Of a stretch of 64,000 nucleotides of DNA, positions 49,895-62,479 are shown in pieces. Made by a program: the position numbers and the translations under genes. Numbering within the stretch: the stretch's first letter is position 1; every line of letters starts with the position of its first letter. The stretch is from Octopus sinensis (taxonomy: Eukaryota): the NCBI RefSeq assembly GCF_006345805.1, contig NC_042999.1, positions 868,001 through 932,000 on the forward strand. The letters are read 5' to 3'. Under the pieces are notes generated by a model, which did no database searches, was not told the DNA's origin, and saw nothing but the letters and a program-made list of their open reading frames with translations.

Positions 49895-51760
49895 ACAATA
49901 CATGGGCCACCTATCTGAATGAGCCTTTTTTCACTTTCTCTTTCAATAATTAAGATCAGACTGTTCCCATCACGTCGTTCCACGCAAAAGTATCGACAGT
50001 CTGAGCCTTGTTTGAGACCAAAGACCCACGTCCGATCAATTCTACGTTCATGGTTCCTGTTGTTTCGTTGTTCTGCATCACTGCCTTGGATGAGAGGAGC
50101 TTGTTGCCATCCAAGCTTTCTTCCTCAATTGTGTTTTCGTCGACCAGCAAATTTTGCGTCCTCGATCTCAATGGGGTTATCATTTGTTCCAACCATCTTC
50201 CCCTCATCGTTCATAATAAACCATGGCTCCACACACCTCGCGGCACATATTATACAAGTCACTTATTGTATTTTTAGATTTTCCTTTTGGAATCACTGCT
50301 GTGGTCATGAGTATATCCATGAAAAAAATGGTATTAGTTCTAAAATCTCACTTAGGCTCAGCTTGCAGTTTAATTTGTTGTTAATGTCCGTATCTTGGAA
50401 GAATTGGTTTCCTTTATTAATTGAACGATGAAAGTAGATAACCTTGGCTATACTGTTTACAACGTATGAAGGCGGCGAGCTGACAGAACCGTTAGCACGC
50501 CGGGTGAAATGCGTAGCCGTATTTCGTCTGCCGTTACGTTCTGAGCTCAAATTGCGCCGAGGTCGTCTTTGCTTTTCATCCTTTCGGGGTCGATAAATTA
50601 AGTACCAGTTACGCACTGGGGTAGATGTAATCGACTTAATCCGTTTGTATGTCCTTGTTTGTCCCCTCGATGTTTAGCCTCTTGTGGGTAGTAAAGAAAT
50701 ATATACTGTTTGAGAACGTGGTAGACTGCATACTATACTAGTACGGGAATTCAGCTTTAAGACGAGTTTAACTATGATAAATGTAACAGATATGTTTTCT
50801 TTGCTGCATCAGCGATTCTAGAAACAATGTCAGTATGAATCTGTGGAATTAAGCAGTGATTAGCACTTGCTACTTAATTTTGACGTCTTCTAAATACAGG
50901 TCACATTCAGTTAAGCCTACTTTGATCATTCTCTCATATCGCGACGCAAAATTCCCCTCTGGCTCTGTGTCTAAGTCACAACCTATAAATCTTATTCTGA
51001 CTTTAGTGTTTCTTTGAGGGCTTTGGTACAAATGCATAGCTAGAAGTATATCAGACAATTTTATCCTCTTCCTTCAATTATAAAGATAAATCAGATAGTT
51101 TCATAGCTTTTGTCTTCATCAAATAAGATCATTTTTCCTGATTTGTCCTGGAGGGAACAACTTGACAATTGGCATAATTTAATCTGTTTTCATCTTTTCG
51201 TAAGTGGACGTATATAATTTTTTCTCTTTGCCGTTTCTTGGTTTAACTCCTGTTTGACAGAAATATTATTCGACTTTACATAACTGTCCTGCGTACAGGT
51301 TTCTTGTAAAGGTATGTTTCAAAAATTCTATCTATTTTGTATTGAGGTAAGGTTTGCCATCACACTCTATCAACAGACGGCAGTATTTAGTATCGTGGAC
51401 TCGTATTTGGTACTAGTATTACTCTTATTGTGATTCATTTGACTTTTACTAACGTTACTTTTAAACGATTTATTTGGGAATTTTAGGGTACATTTTCGTT
51501 ATTAATTTTTAAGTGTTTATTTCAGTGTTTCGTTTCTTGTGTTCAGTAGGTGCAACATAAGCTGTGTTATGTTTTGGTCTTTCTTCCCATTGTGCTTGTG
51601 TCATGTCTTTTATTGCCGCGCGCTGATTGTCTATGTAAGCTGCAGTTAAGTCCTTATCTTTGTAGATCTTAGAATGTCTTTTGAGGCCTAGGTTAGATTT
51701 GCAGACCTTCTGGCATACATATATTCATAAGGAAGAATATTATTGACAGTGTCCTGGAAG
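49895..51760 (-). pseudogene. Merlin (IS1595/ISXO2-like DDE) transposase relic, with a possible upstream C2H2 finger; interrupted by SINE C
   Basis: Minus strand: KMVGTNDNPIEIEDAKFAGRRKHN*GR...NNRNHERRIDRTWVFGLKQGSDCRYFCVERRDGNSLILII...HSDRWPMY, compared with the Merlin motifs VEIDESKF.KRKYNRGR, WVFG, V..R...TL..II and IHSDEW.AY. YVCQKVCKSNLGLKRHSKIYK lies at ~51720-51660. Extent beyond 50460 is uncertain. Confidence 0.75.
50469..50700 (+). mobile_element. SINE family C, full length
   Basis: AAGGCGGCGAGCTGACAGAACCGTTAGCACGCCGGG...GGGTAGTAAAGAAAT. TATACTGTTT is duplicated near both ends. Confidence 0.9.
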
Positions 51761-51912
51761 TTCCGGCAAGTTAATCCATTGTAACTGGCCAAAACTTCGA
51801 AGTCACTTTAATAATATTCATGTTTAAGAATACTAATTTGTACTCTACACAAGTATAGAGTAACCCACCAAATTGTTATTTTTATGATGATTGAACATAG
51901 CAAAAAACAAAC

Positions 51913-51980
<68 letters not shown>

Positions 51981-52050
51981 CCATGGGCTCCTAGGGAGCG
52001 TTTTGTTCGAATAGCTTACTGCGCATTTGTTTGGAGATTTAAATTCCTGG

Positions 52051-52136
52051 ATTTTCCTGAAGAGAAAGCTGCAAAATAGTCTCCTTATTCAATCCGAATT
52101 TGGAAATTTGCAGCCTTTGAAACATGTGTAGAAAAT
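52051..52136 (+). ncRNA. Type I hammerhead ribozyme motif, apparently intact
   Basis: AUUUUC-CUGAAGA-GAAAGCUGCAAA...UUUGCAGCCUUU-GAAAC-AUGU-GUA-GAAAAU: perfect 6-bp stem I, ~12-bp stem II, GUA triplet. It lies inside a ~370-bp insert between (TA)n arrays (51980-52348). Confidence 0.85.
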
Positions 52137-52467
52137 AATAAAAGGAATTTTGTAGAATCTTCGTTCAGCTCCATTTCTTCCCTTCACTAAATATATAAAA
52201 CTTCAATTATCCGCGCTAAGGCACGGTTGCGACACCCCATGGTCGTAACCTCAGCCGTGTTTTTTCTGTTGTGATTTTTGCTACCCAGGTATCGGTTAAA
52301 TTTTTAATAATCCGTAACAAGATAATTCATTTATCCATTTCAATAAAATATATATATATATATATATATTTATTTTTATTTGAGAACATAATCCTTGTGG
52401 AGAATGGCGATTTGACGTCTATATCTAGCATGTTGACTGTCCACCTTTTCGTGTTCAGTCCTTAATT

Positions 52468-52516
<49 letters not shown>

Positions 52517-53109
52517 TATATATAATATATATATTATATATATATATGTATGTATATATATTATGTAATTCGCAAAGAGTCAAGCACATGCAGCCAGTAG
52601 TGTTAGCATGTAAACATTAAGTAGATACTTATCTTTTCCCCCTGAAGACGGAGGCCGGTCCTACCTGTGTATATTTGTGTTATCTACTGGTTGCTTATAC
52701 CTGACGTTTTGCGAACTGCATCTGCCAACATCATGGAGTAAATCCGAGCCTCCAGAAACAGTTGTAGTACCTGTAGTACCATACTTCTTTCTCCTCTTAA
52801 TTTTCTGTGTCGTTGTACTCTGTGTAAGCTTGCTCTTTTGACACAGATGATTTGTTTATAGCGATCAAATATTTGTGTGTACATAAGCCCACTCCCTCCA
52901 TGAAATCAAATGAACATTACTTGTACCTGTGCACAATGGGCTAACATGTCAGACGACGAAATGATCGCAGAGTAACTTGAAAGGAGAAGTGCTTTTGCTC
53001 AAGAATACAACACAAGATCCGGTTTAAGAATCGAAACCACAACCTCGCAATCGTGAGTGCAACACCCTAAACCCTAAGCCATGCACTTATATATATGTAT
53101 GTATGTATG

Positions 53110-53142
<33 letters not shown>

Positions 53143-53838
53143 TATATATATTATATATATACATATAGATAGATAGATAGATAGAGAGATAGATATAGCC
53201 TCATGGCTTATATGTGTGTGTGTGTGTGTGTGTGTGCGTGTGTGTGTGCGTGCGTGCGTGCGTATGTGTGTGTACATTTACGTACAAAACTGAATCACCA
53301 TATTTATTGACATACGTTTGTAATAAAATATCCTTGGACAATTTCATTACCTTCTATGTCTATAGAAATTCATCATCATCAACAAGCCACGTGTGTATAC
53401 GCATCTGCTTACATGTAGCGTATGTGTGTGTATATATGTATATGTGTATCTGTGTGGTTATGTGTGTGTCCCAAGAACCACTTGCTGATATAAAAGCTAT
53501 ATTTTATGCTTGTTGCTATTGGTGTTGTTGTTCGTGTTGTCGTTATAGAAATATAGTTGATTGTTTAAGACATAGGTAGAAATGTGTCCGTTTCTCCCCC
53601 CCTTAGAAAATGTGTTCTGTTATAAGAAAAACATATTCAATACAATGGTAACCTCTAATTTCCATTTCAAATAAGATAGCAGGAAATTAGTAAATATACT
53701 TCTCGGAATGGAAGCAATAGCAATCTTCAGGATATCTGTTTTCTTGACAACGTAGATGTGCACACGAATATAAATAAATAAATATATATATGTATGTATA
53801 TATATCTATATATTTATATATTTATATTTATATCTATA

Positions 53839-53885
<47 letters not shown>

Positions 53886-53943
53886 GTATATATATATATA
53901 TATTATATATTATATATATATATATATATTATATATATATATA

Positions 53944-53998
<55 letters not shown>

Positions 53999-54003
53999 TA
54001 ATA

Positions 54004-54043
<40 letters not shown>

Positions 54044-54255
54044 TGTATATACATATGTATATATGTATGTATGTATATACGCGAGTGTGTGTGTGTGTAT
54101 GTGTATACACATTTTAGTCAAGAATGATTGATACGAAATAATTTGCACTCTGTTGAAGTTACAAAACTTGTGACGATTTATATGCCTATAAATAGCGGTA
54201 ATGACGACGGCGGATAAAGAAGACAACTACTAGATGATGATGATGATGATTATGG

Positions 54256-54306
<51 letters not shown>

Positions 54307-54334
54307 CGATGATGATGATAAAAATGATGATGGT

Positions 54335-54546
54335 TCCAAATTTTGCAAGAAGGGCAGCAATTTATGAGGAAGGTATATGAGTCGATTACATCGACACCAG
54401 TACGCAACTGGTACTTATTTTATCGACCTCCAAGCAATGAAAAGCAAAGTCCTCGTCGGCAGAAATTGAACTCAGAACGAAGCGACGGGCGAAATACCGA
54501 TAAGCGTTTCGTCGAGCGCGCTAACGATTCTGCCAACTTACCGCCT
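54335..54546 (-). mobile_element. SINE family C, diverged
   Basis: Reverse-complement similarity to family C. Confidence 0.75.
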
Positions 54547-54552
54547 TTATGA

Positions 54553-54596
<44 letters not shown>

Positions 54597-54670
54597 ATAA
54601 TAATAATAATAAGAAGAAGAAGAATAAGAATAAGAAGAAGAAGAAGAAGAAGAAGAATGATAATAATAAT

Positions 54671-54898
54671 AAATGCCCTGATGCAGTACCATAAATGCCC
54701 TGATGCAAAACCAGACAGTGGATCTCGTGTCTTCTGATCTTAACTGATTGGAAGTGTTATCATGTACATTGTTTTGTCTTGGTATAAAAGATGGGCTACA
54801 GCAAATATTCTGCTCAATACCACAGATTTGCTTTTCAGTTGTTTGACTTTAACCAGTTGACCATGTCCCTTAGTGGCTGACGATATGTGCATCTCTGA
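54671..54898 (+). mobile_element. Family D 5' portion, joined directly to the R4/Dong-like ORF remnant
   Basis: AATGCCCTGATGCAGTACC...GTGCATCTCTGAT matches the reverse complement of ~8755-8953. Confidence 0.85.
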
Positions 54899-54899
54899 T

Positions 54900-55612
54900 G
54901 GTGACAGTTAGGCACGAGGGGTTATTGAGAGCAGAGAAAAAAAAAGAAAAGCAAAAGAAGAAGTATAAAAATGACATGAAGAATTACGTAAGAAGGGACT
55001 CCACAATCAATTCTATGTAGCCACAACAGAATTTGTTGGCAAACCAGTGGATGAAACCATTGCCCATATCACGAACGAATGCCCTAGACTTGCCCAAAAC
55101 CATTACACGTTCTGGCGACACGACCAGGTAGCGAAAGTGCTACATTGCAAACTGTGCGAAAAGTGGGGGCTAGAGAGAGGCAAGACGTGGTATGAACACT
55201 GAGAGCAGAGAGTGGCAGAGTCGGAGACTCTGGGATTTCCCATTCCAGACACATCGGGCGCTAGAGCATAACAGACCGGACATAGTGGCAGTGGACAAGG
55301 TGCACCATATATGCTATATAGTCGGTGTTGCATGCCCCTTTGACCCACAAATAGTCAAGAAGGAAGGTGAAATGATTGCCAGTTATCAGAAGGCATCAAG
55401 AGGAATATAAAGGAAATTGGAATAGAGTGTACAGTAGAACTGTTACAAAAGCTTCGCCTCTTTGGCACAGCCAGAATTATCAGGTATTAGATAGCTGAAA
55501 AGAATGGATAGCACGATACAATAGGCTGCAGGTAGTAAGCCCACTACGCATGCAAGACTCCAGGTGCTCCAAGAAAACCTGTGATAAAAAGAAAATAATA
55601 ATAATAATAATA
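54900..55612 (+). pseudogene. R4/Dong-like LINE 3' region (RLE endonuclease) with (TAA)n tail, internally deleted
   Basis: KKGLHNQF..ETIAHITNECPRLAQNHYTFWRHDQVAKVLHCKLC..LWDFPFQTHRALEHNRPDIVAVDK..IVGVACPFD..ELLQKLRLFGTARII; ends AAAAGAAAATAATAATAAT. Confidence 0.88.
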
Positions 55613-55727
55613 ATATATTATCATCATCATCATCATCATCATCATCATTATTATTATTATTATTATTATTATCATTATTATTATTGTTATTATTATTATT
55701 ATTGTTATTATTATTATTATTATTATA

Positions 55728-55774
<47 letters not shown>

Positions 55775-55775
55775 G

Positions 55776-55809
<34 letters not shown>

Positions 55810-55810
<1 letters not shown>

Positions 55811-56100
55811 TGCCTTTGCACATCTTCTAACACTGTAGATGTGCTACGGTGTCAGCTGTTCACTACCTGTGAGCTAAGGTAACACCTCTTATTTTTCAAG
55901 CACCTTCCGGAGTATTCGAGCGGTGCCAAGTAGTGCTGTTTTTTGCAAGTGCTCCACCCTTATTGCAGCCCCTATTTGTTCCACGTACTTCTCGAGATTT
56001 TTGCTCACTGTTCCCAGGGCTCCGACAATTATTCGTACTACTACCACTTTTTTCATCGACCACAACTGCTTAACCTCCCATGCTAATCTGTCATATCTAT
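55810..56100 (-). pseudogene. Second R4/Dong-like LINE 3' end, opposite orientation, with (TAA)n tail
   Basis: Minus strand RYDRLAWEVKQLWSMKKVVVVRIIVGALGTVSKNLEKYVEQIGAAIRVEHLQKTALLGTARILRKVLEK*, then a short 3'UTR and (TAA)n. Confidence 0.88.
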
Positions 56101-56635
56101 CTTTTCTTTATTCTTAAATATTCTCTAGAACAATACTATGTGCAAAACCAAATGTATGATACCTTAGGCATAACACCAACATCAGTTTCTACCTTGTTGT
56201 CCCTTGAGGTCTCTGGGTGAAAATTTGAGTGAACTTGTTCAAATACAAAGCAAAAGTCAGACATATAATAATAATATAAATAATAATAATAATATCTGAG
56301 CCAAATCGAAATAATAATGATAATAATTTTGGCCCCAAGACAACAAGTTTGGCAAATGGGTGTAACTCGATTACGACGATCCCAGTACTGAACTGGTGCC
56401 TATTTTATCAAGTCCGAAATCATGGAAGGCAGAGTCGAGCCTCGGTGACATTTGAACGCAGGACATAAAGACGGAAGAGATACTGTCACTTTGACCGGCG
56501 TGCAAACGGCTCTGCCAGCTTGCTGTCTAATTGTTTTCTTTTTACTAGTGTACAGAAGCGCGCTAAAGTCAATGGTGGTAGTACGAAGAAAGGACCACAC
56601 TCCGCTAGGTTTTACATTTAGTGAATAAAAGGAAA

Positions 56636-56903
56636 GTGGAGGCGCGTGGCTTAGTGGTTAGGGTGTCAGCATCATGATCATAAGATTGTGGTTTCGATTC
56701 CTGGACGACCGGGCGACGCGTTGTGTTCTTGAGCAAAACACTTCATTTAACGTTGCTCCAGTCCACTCAGCTGGCAAAAATGAGTAACGCTGCGATGGAC
56801 TGGCGTCCCGTCCAGCTGGGGAACACATACGTCATAGAAACCGGGAAACCGGGCCCATGAGCCTGGCTAGGCTTTAAAAGGGCGCATTTATTTTTTAATT
56901 TTT
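56636..56903 (+). mobile_element. SINE family B variant (middle M2 + tail T2) with TSD
   Basis: tRNA-like head, M2 as in 29424, tail GCGATGGACTGGCGTCCCGTCCAG..GAAACCGGGAAACCGGGCCC. 12-bp TSD AATAAAAGGAAA at 56624-56635 and 56904-56915. Confidence 0.9.
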
Positions 56904-58257
56904 AATAAAAGGAAACTGGCAAGTCAAAAGAACGTAGAGCAAACATGAATTAGGGTCAGTGACAGAATCCCAAAGTTCTTGGATAACTATGAACCCCAAT
57001 AGTAATTACCTCTTCCTAATCCCTCGCTGTTGGCTTTTGGTTTGAATGACCTTTATTTGTAAACTACATAAGAGAAAGAGCTTAAAAGTGAATCCCAATG
57101 GAATAAATGTTTGTATGATTCAGATTAGAAAAATGCACCGAAGTAACCTTGGCACTCGGAACATTATTTATGAACATTGATATCATATTAGATATAATTA
57201 TAACATAAACAATGATAAGAGAATTACATCAAATTCTGATTATAAACACGAAGGACACAATGATACAAAAACACACCAAAAATATTAGGAAAGACTGTTA
57301 CAGACGCATTAGATTAATATTTTAAACAGAGACAAAAGCAATCACTGACGTAATACACCAGCTTGCTCATTAATATATTATAGTTATTATGTTGAAATCT
57401 AGACGCTTATGTGAAGTAGTGAGTGTTGAGTACAAGACCAAAAGAATTTAGTCCGAATTAAGAACACAGTATCGAAGCTAGGTAAAGAAGCTATATATTT
57501 GCCACAAATATGAGGAGTAACTGTAATTATGAAACTAGAATTTTTTCACACAAGGTCTACAGAACCATTTTAATAAAGGCTAACAGAAAAATGATTCAAA
57601 TAGTTACAAAAGTTGGGCAAAATCTAGTTTTCTGTTTTCACGGTATAGACATATATAATAGAGGATGCAATGGCCGAGATATTGCAGAGGTAAGAGAAAA
57701 ATGACAACTTAAATGATGAAAAAAAAAACAGGAAATATTGAGGTTTCTTGATAAAATAATAGTAAGGAAAGGTCCAACATAGCAAATAACTGAAAGAAAT
57801 AATATAAAATAATCGAAACAAAATAAGGCAAACCATTTATTTCATCGAAAAGTAAATAGAAAAGAATTAAAACCCGTTCAAAATTCTTAAGACAAGGAAT
57901 AAACCAGAGAGATTCCTTATCCTGTCTAATCTTCTGCCGAGCTGATTCCATTAACAAATCAATTAAGTAACATCCCTAATGTGGCAATCAGACATAATCG
58001 ATACCATGCCGGGCACAATGCTTAGCGACGTTTTTCCCGGCTTCCAGTTCTGAGTTCAGTTGCTGCCGGGGATCACTTTGTCTTTCATCATTTCGGATTC
58101 GTTAAAATGAGCATCAATTGGACCCTGAGATTTGATGTAATCGACTTGCACGCGTCCCTCAAATTGCTGGACTTATGCCAAAATATGAAACCGATTAAAT
58201 GTTATCCCTCATTGTATGAACACGTTTCAGACAAACTATAAACATTTTCCTCAGTAT

Positions 58258-58656
58258 ACTCTTACTCTTTTACTTGTTTCAGTCATTTGACTGCGGCCAT
58301 GCTGGAGCACCGCCTTTAATCGAGCAACTCGACCCCAGGACTTATTCTTTTGTAAGCCCAGTACTTATTCTATCGGTCTCTTTTGCCGAACCGCTAAGTA
58401 ACGGGGACATAGACACACCAGCATCGGTTGTCAAACAATGCTAGGGGGACAAACACAGACACACAAACACACACACGCATACATATATATACATATATAC
58501 GACGGGCTTCTTTCAGTTTCCGTCTATCAAATCCACTCACAAGGCTTTGGTCGGCCCGAGGCTATAGTAGAAGACACTCGCTCAAGGTGCCACGCAGTGG
58601 GACTGAACCTGGAACCATGTGGTTGGTGAGCAAGCTACTTACCACACAGCCACTCC
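58258..58656 (-). mobile_element. SINE family A, full length
   Basis: Reverse complement of 677-1087. Confidence 0.92.
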
Positions 58657-59242
58657 AAGTATGAATAACTTTTCAAAATATTTGCAAAGGACCATGTTCT
58701 TACTACTAATTTCTTTGCATAAATTCAAGCAACCTATTAAAATGAGTATGGGGTTAGATAAATATGGCAAAGCTACTAAATGAGAGTAATTGTCTCAGAC
58801 AAAATATATACGGTTCATAAAAATATTTCACATAAAAATGATTATATATACTCAGGACTATTCCCCCATTTTTTAGGAGAGGGTAACCACAGCAAGACAC
58901 AGACCAGCCATTTCATTCATTTCCCATCTGGGTATGACTATAAGCTACATTCGGTAGTGGGAGCCTGGGGCCCTGATTTCGATGTTTTAGGAGTGTGGTA
59001 CCGATCTTAGCTACTATTGTTCCCAGGTCTACTCTACAACAGAATGGTAGTACCTGTAAGGGTCTCAGATATGGGTTAACTAGAAAACCCCCCTGCAACT
59101 GCGGTGGGGGTTTGAATTCTGTGAGATAGCAACTCAACGTGTGTGTGTGTGCATAGACACACACACAAACACACACATACCTACGCATGTAAGTGTGTGT
59201 GTATATATGTATGCATATGTATTATATATGTATGTATTCGTG

Positions 59243-59592
59243 GCACTCCGTTGGTTACGACGGGCGTTCCAGTTGATCCAATCAAAGAGAACAGCCTGCT
59301 GGTGAAATTAACATGCAAGTGGCTGAGCTCTCTACAGATACGTGGACCCTTTACATAGTTCTCGGGGAGATTCAGTGTGACACAGTGTGTGACAATGATG
59401 GTCCCTTTCAAATACAGGTACAACAGAAAGCGATAGAATTTGTGATGAAAGAGTACAGCAGCGTGTTCGCGAAGCCCTGTAGAGCTTTAGGTGTTTTCAC
59501 TCAATAAACACTCACAACACCCGGTCTGGGAATCGAAACCGTGATCCTATGACCGTGAGCCCGCTGCCCTAACCACTAGATCACTGCACCTT
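59243..59592 (-). mobile_element. SINE family B (M1+T1), diverged with deletions
   Basis: Similarity to 1231-1613. Confidence 0.8.
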
Positions 59593-59593
59593 C

Positions 59594-59650
<57 letters not shown>

Positions 59651-60334
59651 TATATTATATACACCATGTCTAATAGTTCAATACTGAGTATTTGGTCGTC
59701 TCAATTTTACTCATTCTTCATCTCTTAACTTAACTTGACATCTTTGGTTTTGATGTACATTATTATGCACACGATCATTAAGCTCTGTAGTCGCGCCATA
59801 CCTTTTCTTCTCTGATGGACACTTAAAATAGATCTGCCAGACAATATAAGCAATAGCAACAACCGGTTGAATGATCACTGCTTCAAATTAAACAGCAATG
59901 AATCATAAATCATAGCTTTTTCCACCTACCGACCACCGCTAATTCATTAGCGAAACCATCCATCTTAACGGTACAAATACACCTATCTCTCAGGAGACAA
60001 ACAAGTCTTTGTATTATATTAGTTAAATACATGTCAACTAACTGGGGAGTGATTTCTGTTCTGCTCTACGTGCCATATGAAATATCAGGAAGGAAGTTAC
60101 TATTGATCAGACTAAAATTCTCGTTAATTATATCCGTATTCCAAAAATTAACTTCAGTAATTCTCCGTTGCCTGAAGTCATTCACCCACCCACAAACACA
60201 CCCCCAAAAATAAATCTATGCACTAATAAGAGCTTCGTATGGTTGATCAATTCGTTAGAAACAGAAACAAACTCACTTTCACGCATTTTACCGCTATGTT
60301 AGGTAAATGAGAATATAAAGTTAGATACTTTGCT

Positions 60335-60830
60335 ACTCTAGGCACAGGGCCCGAAATTTGGGGGGGAGAGGCCAGTCGATTATATCGACCCCAGTACGCA
60401 ACCGGTACTTATTTAATCGAATCCGAAAGGATGAAACGCAAAGTCAACCTAACGATTCTGCCAGCTCGCCGCCTACAACGTTATATACTGAAACAAGACT
60501 GTTACCAATATAATATCTTCAATTATAATGCGACGAGATGGCAAAAAACGTTAGCACGCCGGGCAAAATGCGGTATTTCGTTTGTCTTTACGTTCTGAGT
60601 TCAAATTCCACCGCGGTCGACTTTGCTTTTCACGCTTTCGGAGTCATTAAATTAAGTACCAGTTACGCATTAAATTAAGTACCAGTAATTGACTTAATCC
60701 GTTTGTCTGTCCTGTTTGTCCCCTCTATGTAGGCAATAAAGAAATAAGAAACGTTAGCACGCCGGACGAAATGCTTAGCAGTATTTTGTCTGTCTTTCTG
60801 TTCTGATTTCAAATTCCACCGAGGTCGACT
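60335..60830. mobile_element. Cluster of SINE family C pieces in both orientations
   Basis: Minus piece 60335-60474; plus pieces 60530-60830. Confidence 0.75.
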
Positions 60831-61544
60831 TATTGTAGTATTTTATATAAAAATAAGGTACATAATAATCATACATACAAATATACTTTCCTTGTACACA
60901 TACTTCTCTTGTACACATACTTCCTTTGTACATACACACATACTTACACAAAGTTGAAACGCTGTTTGACTTTTCTTTTCAGCGTTGAATGTTCTCTTCC
61001 CACTTCCTGCTCTATCGAACGTTTACTCTTCCTCGTTAAAATTATACAAAATTTAATTATTGTACAAACTTTAACTCTTTCTTCCTTGCTTGCTTGCTTT
61101 CGTCTTCTCATGTCCTGAAGAGGGGTTGTTTTACTAAAGCACAAATTTAGCAAAACCAGTTTCCATAAAAGAATTGTCCATTTGTAGCAATGCCTAGTTT
61201 GGTTTTTTATATTTCTCTGTTGTCAATAACAACCATCTAAACAGGAAATTAGAAATAGCATTTATTACCTCAAATGTTACTCAGTGAAAAATATTACTCC
61301 GAATTGCTCGCTACCAATTGATGAGGAAAACGAGAAAGAATTTCCTTTGAAACTAACAAATTGCAAACAGAACGAAGAGTTTACAAAAGCTAGAGACATT
61401 TATTTCAATATTTTGCTGAGAATAATCTTAAAACGATTGGGATGGACGTCACTTGTTCCCATTAATGAGTAAATTGAGTAAAATAGTTCTAAATTTCAGT
61501 ACTAATGTAGTTTACAGTTTTGGGATTCATACGTTACTTTTATT

Positions 61545-62222
61545 GCTATCATAATCATCATCATCATCATCGTCGTCGTCGTCGTCGTCGTCATCATCAT
61601 CATCATCATCATCACTATCCTCTTCCTTCTCATCGTCATCATCATCATCATCATCATCATATTCATCATCCTCATCATCACTATCCTCCTTCTCATCATC
61701 ATCATCAACATTATCATCAAAATCATCATCACTACCCTCCTCCTTCTCATCATTATCATCGTCATCATCATCATTATCATCATCATCACTATTCTCGTCG
61801 TCATCGTCATCACCATCCTCCTCATCATCATCAACATCATCACCATCGTCATCATCATTTTCACCAAGACATCCACCATGAACAACACCACCACTAACAC
61901 CACCACCACCGTCAGCGTCGTCGTCATCATCACCATCATCATCATTATCACCATCATCATCGTCACCGTCCTCAAAGAAGTGTACAACATATTTACAGAA
62001 ATAAGAAATAAGCATAAATTACAGAAAATTTCAGTCAAAAGAAAGAATAAATTAAATGATTTTAAATAACAGAAATGACAACGATTATAATAACACAAAT
62101 ATTAATATAATAATATAATAATAATATAATAATTATTATATTATTATTATTATTATATTATTATTATATTATTATTAATATATTATTATTATTATTATTA
62201 TTATTAATACATTATTATTATT

Positions 62223-62254
<32 letters not shown>

Positions 62255-62320
62255 CATTATTATTATTATTATTATTATTAATATTATTATTATTATATTA
62301 TTATTATTATTATTATTATA

Positions 62321-62357
<37 letters not shown>

Positions 62358-62443
62358 ATTATTATTATTATTATTATTATTATTATCATTTATTATATTA
62401 TTATTATTATTATATTATTATGATTATTATTATTATGATATTA

Positions 62444-62479
<36 letters not shown>

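Noticed and set aside
57300-57830. A-rich stretch with faint resemblance to a PLE endonuclease
   Set aside because: Too degenerate to support by eye; needs a frameshift-aware profile search.
61502-62098. 162-aa Asp-rich ORF resembling acidic biomineralisation proteins
   Set aside because: It is a degenerate (CAT)n microsatellite open in multiple frames, with no signal peptide or unique flanking coding sequence.
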